From positions 248,001 through 312,000 of the forward strand of contig JABVCE010000026.1 in assembly GCA_014905635.1 (NCBI GenBank): a stretch of DNA of 64,000 nt. The letters run 5' to 3'. The notes under the pieces are model-generated. The model did not search any database. It worked only from the letters and a program-made list of their open reading frames with translations, and was not told the origin of the DNA. The DNA comes from Scenedesmus sp. PABB004. Its lineage: Eukaryota. Each line of letters begins with the position of its first letter. Position 1 is the first letter of the stretch. Both the position numbers and the translations under genes were made by a program. Positions 47,997 to 57,980 of this stretch are shown piece by piece.

Positions 47997-50900
47997 CCTG
48001 GGACGCGCTTGCCGACACGCTCGGCAGGTTCGCGGGCAGCTACGGCCACGACGCCGGCGGCGGCGGGCACGGCCACCAGCAGCAGCACTTCAGCGCGCTG
48101 CACATGGCGCCGCAGCACGGCCGCGGCGGCTACGCCGACGACACGGGCGGCGGCCACTATGGCGGCGCGTTTGGCGGCGGCGGGCACGGCGGCCTCGCCG
48201 CCGGCGGCCACTACGGCGCGGCGTACGGCCACGCCGCGGCGCACGGGCACCACCACAGCCACCACTTTGGCCACCACGGTGGCGCGCACGCGGCGCACTA
48301 CGGCGGCGGCGGGGCGCACTACGGCGGGCACCACCACGCGGCGGCGCACCACCGCGGCAGCGACGACGGCGCCGGGCTGGCCGCGCACCACGCGGCGTAC
48401 GCCGCGGCGGGCGGGCACCTGGCGGCCGGCTACGGCGGCGCCGGCGGCCTGGCGCAGCACCATGGGCACCAGTCGTACGCGGGCGGCCACCAGCTCTTTG
48501 GCGGGCACGGCGGCGACGCCGGCGACGGCGGGGACCCGTACGGCATCGGCTACAGCGCTGCCGCCGCCGCCGCCGCCGCCGCGCACCACCACGGCGGGCC
48601 GCACCACCACCTCGGCGCTGCGCACGGCCACCACGGGCAGGCGCACCACGGCGGCGCCGGCGGCGGCCACGCCGCGGCGGCGCGCCTGCTCGCGCAGCAC
48701 GGCGCGCAAGCCGGCGGCGGCTACGGCCACGCCGCGGCGCAGTACGCGGGCGGCGGCACGAGCGCCACGGTCGCCGCCGCGCTGCAGCAGCAGCTCTACG
48801 GCGGCGGCGACGCGGCCGCGGCGGCGGCGGCGGCCTACGACTACGACGCCGGCCGCGGCGCCGCGGCGCCCGGCGGCGACGCGGCGAGCCTCGCGTTCCG
48901 GCAGCGCCTCGCGACGTACGGCCTGGAGGGCTACGCCGCCGACGCGCTCGGCGGTGACGGCTACGCCTCGGCCGGCGCGGCGGCGCACCTCACCGCCGCG
49001 GTCGCGGCCGCGGGCAAGGGCGCCGGCGCGGAGGAGGAGGAGGAGGAGGCCGACCCGGAGGCGGCGTGGGTGCGGCGCGCGCGCTCGGGCGCGTACGGCC
49101 GCGCGGGCGGCGCCCGCGGCGCGCGCCGGCGCGGCGGCGAGTCGGACGAGTACGACGCCGGCGCGGAGGAGGACGAGGACGACAGCGACGCGGGGCGCGG
49201 CGGGCGCGGCGCGCGCGGCGCGCGCCGGCGCAGCCGCGGCGCGCCCGCGGGCGACGGCGTGCTGCGCACGAAGCGCACCGACGGCGGCGGCGCGGGCGCG
49301 GACGCGCGCGCGCACTCGTACAGGTGCGGCCGGCGCCGCCGCGCGGCTGCGGCCCAGCCCCGCGCGGCGCCCACACGCGCCCGCGCCCGTGCGCCCGCGC
49401 CCGGCCGCAGGGGCGTGTTCTGGGACAAGAAGAGCCGCCGCTGGCGGTGCCAGCTGGGGCACAAGAACAAGAAGATCTTCCTGGGCTACTTTGCTGTCGC
49501 CGAGGACGCGGCGCGCGCGTACGACCAGAAGCTGGTCGAGCTGCACGGCGGCTCCGGTGCGGCGCGCGGGGGGCGGGGCGGCGCGGCGCGCGGGCCGGCC
49601 CCGGGCAGCCGCTCGCGGGCTGGCGCACACGCCGCCGCCGCCGCCGCCGCCGCGGTGCAGCCAAGACCAACTTCCCGATCCAGAACTACCTCGGCGGCGG
49701 GACCATGGCCGGCGACGGCGACGGCGGCGTCGCGCCTGCCGCGCCGCCCAGCGCGGCGGCCGCGGCCGCGGCGGCGAGCGCGCTGCAGGCGCCGGCGGCG
49801 TCGGGCGGCGCGCGGTGGGTTGCGGCACGGGGGCGCACCCGGGGCCCACCGCGGCTCGCCGCGCGCTGCCCCTCCTGCGGCTGCCGCGGCCCGCGCTGAC
49901 CCTGCGCCCCGGGCCGCCGCGCGCAGGGCGAGCTGGGGCGGCGACACGGGCTCCGCCTGGGACCAGCAGGGCGAGCTGGAGGCCTCCCTGGCCAAGCGCC
50001 GCCGCGTCGCGTCCGCCCCGGGCGACGTCGCTGCCGCGGGCGCCGCCGGCGGCGCGGGCGAGCGCTCTCCCTTTGAGGCGGCGCTCGCAGCGGCCGACGG
50101 CGCCGGCGGCGTCGCGGCGGCCGCGGCCGCGGCGGCCGCGGCGCTCGGCGGGCTGCACCACAGCCGCGCGGTCGGCGACGACGGCGTGCTCTCGCTCGCG
50201 CGCGCCGGCAGCGCGTACCGCGTGGTCGAGACGCCCGCTGTGCAGGCCGGCGGCCTGGCGGGCCGCGCGCCTGGCGGCGGCAGCGGCGCGCTGGAGGCGG
50301 CGTGCGACGGCGCCGTCGCGGCCGCGGCCGCGGGCGGCGGCGCGGGCGGCCTCGGCGCCGGCTTTGCCACCAGCGGCAGCGGCCTCGCGCTGAGCCGGCT
50401 CGCAAGCGGCGAGGTCGGCGCGGTGCAGGCGCTGTCGGGGCTGCACGACGCGCTGCGCGGCGCCGGCGCCGGCCGCGGCGCGCCGCCGGCCGTGGGCCTG
50501 GGCGCCGCCGGCGCCGCGGCCGCCGGCGCCGACAGCGCGTTTGGCGCCCTGGCGGTGCAGGCGTTTGGCGGCGGCGGCGCGGGCGCCGCGCGCGGGCAGT
50601 CGGCGGTGTCGCGGCTGTTTGACGAGGTGGTCAGCCAGTACGGCGGCGCCGCGGGCGGCAGCGCGGGCGTGCCGCCCCTCGCGCCGGGCGCGCGCGACGG
50701 CGCGGGCACCAGCCCGCCCATGCGCGGCGGCGCGGCGGGGCGCTACAGCAGCCCCGGCGGCGCGTCGGCCGACGCGCTGAGCCGGCTCGGCTCGAGCGAG
50801 GTGCGCGCGGTGCAGGCGCTGTCGGGGCTGCACAACGACGTCACGCCCTACAGCGCCGGCACCGCCGGCTGGCCCGCCGCCGCCGCAGCGCACGGCGCGC

Positions 50901-51708
50901 CCGCCGCGGGGCGGCCGTTCGGGGGCGCCGGCGCCGCGGCCGTCGGCGGGGCGGCGCTGACGCAGAGCCTGGCACAGGAGCTGCTCGGCAAGACGTGGGA
51001 CACGTCCGCGGTTGCGGCGAGTACCATTGCGGCCGTGGCGGCTGCGGCGAGCGCCAAGCAGCAGGCCCAGGCGGCCGCCGCCGCCCCCCAGGGCGGCGGC
51101 GCCACGGCGGGCCGCCCGCCGACGCCGCCGACGCAGCCGGGCGCCGACGTCGGCGCTGCGGTGGCGGCCGAGGCGGGCTGGGGCGGCGGCGGCGGCGCGC
51201 CGCCGCCGAGGAGCTGGTGCTGATGCCGCGCAAGCGCCCCAGCGCGAGCGGCGGCAGCGGCCTCACCGGGCTGCTGGACAGCATCGGGCAGCTGCGCGAC
51301 GACGTGGAGCACCAGGTCGCGGCCGTGCAGCAGCACCCGGAGCTCCCAGCGGCAGGCGGCGGGCCGCCGCAGGCGCAGGCGGCAGCGCTCGCGGCGGTGG
51401 CGGCGCTGCCCGCCGTGGAGCCGGCGGCCGTGGAGCCGGCGGCAGCGGAGCCGGCTGCCCCGGAGCCCGCGCCGAGCCCGCCCGCCGCTGGAGCCGACGC
51501 GCCCCAGCCGATGGACGTGGATGCGCCGGCCGACGAGGGCGCGCCGGCGCAGGCCGGCGAGCTGCCGGCTGCGTCCGAGCCGGCGGCCGCGGACGCCGGC
51601 GAGCCGGCGGAGCCAGCGCCGGCGCAGGCTGAGCGCGCGCCGGACATGGCGCCGCCGCAGCAGCAGCAAGACCAGCAGCAGGAGCAGCAGCAGGAGCAGT
51701 CGAGCTGA
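46391..51708 (+). CDS. Transcription factor with two AP2 domains separated by a Gln/His/Gly/Tyr-rich region; 3' end at 51223, or at 51708 via an apparent frameshift
   Basis: QYRGVFWDRKTRRWRCQLGYQSKKIFLGYFDDAAEAARAYDQKLVELRG-ARTNFP and SYRGVFWDKKSRRWRCQLGHKNKKIFLGYFAVAEDAARAYD...AKTNFP; TGTAA at 51888. Confidence 0.9.
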
Positions 51709-51887
51709 CGCATGACCTGGGGGGTGACCTGGGCGGCGGGCCTTTTTGGGCAAGGCGGCGCTGGGCAGGGGGTGACTCGCGAATGACCTGGGGGCGCGCG
51801 CGGGGCGCGCCGCGCGCAGCGCTGCCGCCGTGGCGCGCACTCGCTCCCGGAGCACTCAAACTCGATTGGGTGCATTCAGTGTGCGTG

Positions 51888-51892
51888 TGTAA
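51888..51892 (+). terminator. TGTAA polyadenylation signal
   Basis: About 180 nt after the stop at 51708. Confidence 0.5.
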
Positions 51893-52205
51893 GACAGCGA
51901 TGTACCGAGGGGAACAGTAGATGGCGTCACCGCAGCAGCAGCGTCACGACGGTCCACGCGCCCGCCGCCGCCCGCCCAGCCCCGTTCACCTCTGCGCGGG
52001 GATCCGCGCCTCCGCCATTCCCCCAAGCACTTGGCCCACGGCATCACCGCGCCAGCCGCCCTGGCTGCGAGCAGCTGGAAGCAAAGTGACCGTCGTTCGC
52101 CGCAGCTGCCCGCCGCTGGTCGTCGAAACGCGGCGTCGTTCTGTTTTGCGCTCGTGGACGGCGGATGGCCGGCGGGCGGCCGCGCAAGTGACGGCGCGGC
52201 GAGCG

Positions 52206-55161
52206 ATGCGTTCGTTGGGGCTCGCGCTCCTGCTGCTGGCGGTGCTGGAGCCCGGGCGCGCCGCCGGAGACGCTGATGCTATTCGTCTGCTCATCAAACA
52301 CGACCCCGCGGCGGCCGCTGCGGTCGCCGCCGCGGCGGCGGCGCGTTCGCTGCCGCTGCTGGCGGCCGGGCCCGGCCTGACGGTGCTGCGGGCGCCGCGC
52401 GCTCGCCTGGCGGAGCTGGCGGCCTGGCCGGGCGTGGAGGCGGCGGAGGAGGACGCGCCGCGCTGGCTGCACCGGCCCCTCGCGGCGGGCGCGGAGAGCG
52501 ACGCGGGCGGCGACGCGGGCGCGGCGTGGGCGGGCGCGTTCTCGGGCCCCGGCCCCGGCGCGCCGCCGTCGCCCTACTTCAGCTGCGAGCAGCGGGACGT
52601 GGTGCTCTCCAACGCCTCGGACGCGATCCTGCCGGAGCGCCTGCCCTACGGCATCCGCCAGGTGCAGGGCGACAGCGCAAAGCTGCCCAACGCGACCGAC
52701 GAGGCCGGCGTGATCGTGTGCATCATCGACAGGTGGGCGCGCGCGCCGCGCCGCGCCAGGCGGCGCGCGCGCGCGGCCGGGCGCGGCGGCCGCCGGCCAG
52801 CTTCGCAGCGCGCCCGCGCCGGCCGCACCCGCGCCGGCCGCGCCCGCGCCGGCCGCGCCCGCGCCGGCCGCGCCCGCGCCGGCCGCACCCGCGCCGCCCA
52901 CCCGCGCCGCCCACCCGCGCCGCGCCGCGCCGCGCCGCGCCGCGCCGCGCCGCGCCGCAGCGGCCTGGACGCGACGCACCCCGACCTCGCCGGCAACTCG
53001 CTGGACGGCTGCAAGCTGCAGGACGAGTTTGCGCCCGCGGGCTGCCCCTTTTACTACGGCGCCGACCTGGTCGGCCACGGCACGCACGTCGCGGGCACCG
53101 TCGCCGCGCAGCGCAACGGCGCCGGCACCGTCGGCGTCATCCCCGGGCGCGCCGAGGTGTACGTCGTGCGGGTGCGCGCCGCGCCGCGCCGCGCCGCGCC
53201 GGCGCGCGCCCCGCTGCCCCCGCGCGCGCGCGCGTCGCGCGTCGCCCCGCGCAGAGCCGCGCCCCGCCGCCGGCCGTTGGTGTCACGAACAGGTGTTCAA
53301 CGACTCTGGCGACGTCAACCAGGGCCAGGGGCTCGTCTATGGGTCGAGCCTCATCCTCGCCTTCACGCAGTGCGAGGGCCGACTCGCGGCGCAGCAGGCG
53401 CGCGCCGCGCGCGCCGCGCGGCGGCCGGGGCGCCCGAGCGCCCGGCGGGGGCGGCCTGCCGCCGTGCCGCCTGACGCGCGCGCGGCTGCCCCGCGGCGGC
53501 GCAGGCCGCGCACCCGGCGCGGCGCTACCGCATGGTGGTCAGCATGAGCCTTGGGGCCGCGGGGCCGCTGAGCATCGAGCGCATGTTCTTCCGCGAGGCG
53601 GGCGCGCGCGGCGACATCGTGTTTGTCGCGTCGGCGGGCAACAACGGCACCGCGCAGACGCGCGGCCCCGACGGCCGCCTCACGAGCGCGGTCAACCCCG
53701 GCAACTTCCCGGGCGCGTACCCCGAGGTGATCGCCGTCGCGGCGGTGGACTGCGAGAACCGGCTCGCGCCGTTCAGCCAGAAGAACCCGGCCGTCGACCT
53801 CGCCGCGCCGGGCGTGTACGTGCTCTCGACCGCGAGCCAGGACGTGCCCGGGCGGGCGGGCGCGATGGCGGGCGGCTTTGCGTCGGACAGCCCCCGCATC
53901 CTCGTGCGCGGCGGCATCGCGGGCACGGAGAACGTGGTCCGCCACGCCGGCGCAGGCCGCGTCACGGCCGCGGTCGCCGACTGCGGCGACGGCGCCGCGC
54001 CCTGCCCCGCCGCGCGCGGGGCATCTGCCTCGTGCGCTACGACCCGGCCTGCCGCCGCCGGCGCCGGGGGCGCCGCGCAGCTCGCGCTACGGCGTGCTGA
54101 CCGCGCTGTACGGCCCGCCGCCGGGGCGGGCCGACGCGGGCGGCGACGCGCCCGTGCTGCCGCGGAAGCACTACTGCGACGCGGTCGCGTTCTGCGCCGC
54201 CCAGGGCGCCGCGGCGGTGCTGCTCGGCGCGCCGGCGCTCAGCAGCGGCTTCTACGGTAGCTGGGGGCTTGAGAACCCCGGCAGTTTCCAGGTGGGGCGC
54301 GCGCGGCCGGTCGGGCGGCTGCGCGCGGCGCCGCCGGCGGCCGGCCGGCCGCCGAGCGCGCCGCCGCCGCCGCCCGCCGCGCAGGACCTGCCGGTGCTGG
54401 CCGACCTGGACTGCTCGCGCTTCAACTGCTCCTGCTGGCCCAAGCTGCGCGACGCGCCGCGCCTGCCGGCCGCGGGGCTGAGCCTGCGGCAGTACGCCGA
54501 GGTGCAGGCCGCGGCGGCGGCGGCGGCCAAGGCGGGCGCGCCCTTCGTCGGCACCGTGGAGTCGCGTGCCGACGCGTTCCAGCGCCTCAGCGGCACGAGC
54601 ATGGCGGTGCCGCACGTGTCGGGCGCGATCGCGCGCGTCTGGGCGGCCTTCCCCGGGTGCGACGCCGCGGCGGTGCGCGCTGCGTTTGAGGAGACGGCGC
54701 TGGACCTGGGGCCCAAGGGCAAGGACGTGCAGTTTGGGCACGGCTTGGTGCAGGCCGAGGCAGCATACGACTACCTGGCCCGCCAGCCCTGCGGCGGCGA
54801 CAGTGCCTCCGCACGCGCCGCGCCCGCCCCGTCGCCGGCGCCGGGCAGCAGCAGCAGCAGCCGGGGAGAGGTCGAGAAGGCGGTGCGGCCGAGGCCGCCG
54901 GCCGCGGCGCCGCCGGCGCCGGCGCCGGCTGCTGGCCAAGCGGCGCCGGCCGCGGCGCCGCCGGCGCCGGCGGCTGGCCAAGCGGCGCCGGCCGCGGCCT
55001 CCCCGGCGCCTGCTGCTGCTGCCTCGCAGCGGCCGGCGACTCCGGCCGCGTCGCCGGCGCCAGCGACGGCAGCGGCAGCAGTGCGGGAGCAGCTGGCGTC
55101 GGATTGGCTGCCCTCGGCCAAGCCGGGCGCCCGCAGTGGCTGGCGGCGGCTGCGGCGCTGA
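52206..55161 (+). CDS. Secreted subtilisin-like (S8) serine protease with PA-like insert and Pro/Ala-rich tail; two apparent frameshifts
   Basis: Signal peptide MRSLGLALLLLAV; VIVCIIDSG (Asp), GHGTHVAGT (His), VASAGNNG, SGTSMAVPHVSG (Ser), ALDLGPKGKDVQFGHGLV. Confidence 0.92.
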
Positions 55162-55399
55162 GCCCTGCGCGGGCGGCGACGGCGGAGAGGGCGGCTCGGA
55201 CGCGGCGCGCACTGCAAGACGTGCCGCCGATTTCATGTCGGGTCATTCCTGGGGCTGCGCGGCGCGGCGCGTTCCGTGACGCGCGGCAGTTTTGTGGCCG
55301 GGAGCAGGGCCCAGCGCGGTAAAACCTGCCTTCCCGCGCCTCCGCTCGCCGCGGCCGTCCACAGCGCCACGCGCCGCGCGCCGCAGCCGCAGCGCCGCG

Positions 55400-56936
55400 A
55401 TGAGCGGCCGCCGCTGCGCCTGGGTGAGCTGGGCGGAGTGGCAGGAGGTGCGGGACTGGCTGCTGTCGCCGGTGCAGGAGGACGTGCGGCGTGGCATCAC
55501 ACGGGTGCGGGGCCGCGGCAGGCGCGGGCGCCGGGGCGCGCGGGCAGCGCCGCGGCCGCCGCGAGCAGCAGCGCGCCCCGCCGCCGCGCAGGTGGAGGCC
55601 TGGAGGGCCCGCGGGCGGGTGCCGCTGGGCGTGGACATCACCGCCTGCCTGCTGGAGACCGCGCTGTGCGACGTTAGCTCCTGGGCGCCCGCGGCCGGCG
55701 GCGGCGCTGTCGCTGCTGCCGCCGCGCCGTGGGGCGGCAGCGGCGGCCCGTCGCAGCTGCAGGTTCGGCTGCAGTACTCGGCGGCCATCGTCAGGTGCGC
55801 GTCCGGGCCGGCAGCGACGCGCCGCCCGCCGCCAGGCCGCCGCTGCCGTGTGTCCGCCGCGGCCGACCGGCCGGCGCCGCCGCGCCGGCCGCAGGATGGT
55901 CAACGGCATCGCTGACTCGCAGCAGAAGGGCCGCGTCGCGGTGTCGGTCAACTCCCTGGCCGAGGCGGCGGGGCTGTCGCGGCTGCTCGTGGACGTGCGG
56001 CACGAGGCCACCCACAACGAGCTGCCCAGCCTGCCGACGCTGCAGCTCGCGGCGCGGCAGGCGCTGGACTGGCTGGTGGTGCAGTACTGGTGCGCCGCCG
56101 GCCGCGCCATGCGCGCGCTGCGCGCGCCGGCGCCGCGCCGGCGCCCGTGCGCCGCGACCCCGCCGCCGCCGCCCCGCCTCCGCGCCGCAGGCAGCGCCAG
56201 AGCGACCACCTGGCCGCGTGCGGCGCGCGCGTGCAGGGCGTGCTGGCGGGCATCGCCGCGTCCTGCCAGGCCGCGGCGGCCAAGGGCCTCGGCGGCGCGG
56301 CGGGCGACGACGACGACCAGGAGCGCGCGGGCGAGGCGGACGCCGAGGCGACGGGCGCGGGTGCGCCGCGCCGCGCGTGCGCGCAGCGCGCTCGGGCGCC
56401 CTGCCGGCGCGGTCCTCTCGCGCTCACGCGCGCCCGCCGCGTGCCACGCGCGCAGGCTACAGCGCGGCGGAGGGGCGCAAGGAGCGGCGGCAGCTGCTGG
56501 CGGAGCTCAAGGGCCTGCTGCCGCCGAGCCACACGCACCTGGTGGTCGCTGCGCTGCTCGAGAGCGGGCTGGTCGCGCCGGCGCCGCCGGGGCAGGAGGC
56601 AGCAAAGCCGGCCGACGGCTCGGCGCGCCGCGCGCAGGAGGCGGCGCTCACCTCGCTGTGCCGGCAGTACCCCGAGCTGCGCCCGCAGCTGCTGCAGGAG
56701 GTGGTCAGCAGGCTGTGCGCGGGCGCGGCAGCGGCGCGCCCCCAGCTGTCGGAGCGCGAGCCACGGGAGGGGCAGCTGGACGGCGGGCTGGACGGCGGGC
56801 AGCCGAGCACCGAGTGCGAGCAGATGCTGGAGTGGCTGCAGCTCCTGCTGCCGACCCCGGCGGCCGGCACCTGCGCGAGCAGCAGCGGCAAGGCTGGCAG
56901 CAGCGGTGGCCGTATCCGCGGCAAGCATCACCAGGA

Positions 56937-56969
<33 letters not shown>

Positions 56970-57819
56970 GGCGCCGCTGGCGGCCAGCCTGCTGGGGGAG
57001 CATCTGGCGCGAGTGCTGGACTCGAGCCGGGCGGCGGCGGCGGCGGGGGCAGCAGCGGGCGGCGCCGAAGCGGAGCAGGCGCCAGAGCTGCAGCGCGCCC
57101 AGCAGCTGCTGCTGTCGGCGCTGGCCGTCACGCCTGCAGCGCCCAGGGGCGGCCGCACGCAGGACGGCGGCTGCGCGCTGCTGCAGCGGCTGGGCCAGCT
57201 GGCGACGCCCGCGGCGGCGGGCAGCGCTGCCGCGGGCGGCCGGCCTCTGCTGTTGAACAGCAGCAGGAGCGGGCAGCAGGACTGGCAGCTGGAGCAGCAG
57301 GCGCTGCTGCAGGAGGCACGCGAACGCCAGGAGCAGGCGCTGCAGCAGGCTCGCAAGCGGGGCAGAGTCGTGGCGGCCGACGGGGCGGAGGCGCCGCCGC
57401 CAGACGGCGCCCGGCGGCCGCGCTGGGCGCGGGCCGCGCACTGGGCCCCATGCGCGATCGGCTGCCTGCCGCACGCGCGCCAGCCGCGCGAGCTGCTGGC
57501 GTGCCTTCAGGCGCCCGCGGCAGACGGCCGGGGCGCCGCGGCGGCTGGCACGGCGCCCGCCCCACCGCAGCAGCCGGCGCAGCTGCCGCGGGCGGCCGGC
57601 CAGGCGCTGCTGGCGCTTGCGGCGCCCGACGCTCGCGTGGGGCCAATGGATGCGGAGCCAAGTGATGAGCCCAGCGCTGCGGCGTCGGCTGGCAGCGAGG
57701 GCGGCGACAGCGAGGCGGACGCGGGCGAGGGCGGCGGCGTCGTGCGGCTGGGCCTGTTCTGGCAGCTGCCGCGGGCGGAGCTGCCGCAGCTGCAGGCGGC
57801 CGTGCGCCTGCTGCTGTGA
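55400..57819 (+). CDS. LAS1: LAS1-like HEPN endoribonuclease (pre-rRNA ITS2 processing)
   Basis: WVSWAEWQEV, VEAWRARGRVPLGVDITA, RLQYSAAIVRMVNGIAD, SVNSLAEAAGLSRLLVDVRHEATHNELPSL (HEPN RHxxxH), ALDWLVVQYW, C-terminal WAPCAIG. Confidence 0.92.
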
Positions 57820-57980
57820 CGCGCGCGGCGTGGGTCTGGCAACGAGTTAACCGCAGCACTCACAACGCCAGGGGCGATCCCGATACGCACACAGCACGAC
57901 GACGCGCCAGCGCGGCGCCGCTGCAACTGCGCCGCGCGCTCTCAGAAGGAAGGGGGAGCAGCGCCGGCGGCGCGCGCTGC

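Noticed and set aside
10760..54060. Programmed ribosomal frameshifting at the several frame breaks
   Set aside because: No slippery heptamers seen; all are single-base losses in short G/C runs typical of long-read errors
55400..57819. HEPN RxxxxH nuclease as a defence or toxin system
   Set aside because: The surrounding motifs match eukaryotic LAS1, the rRNA-processing nuclease
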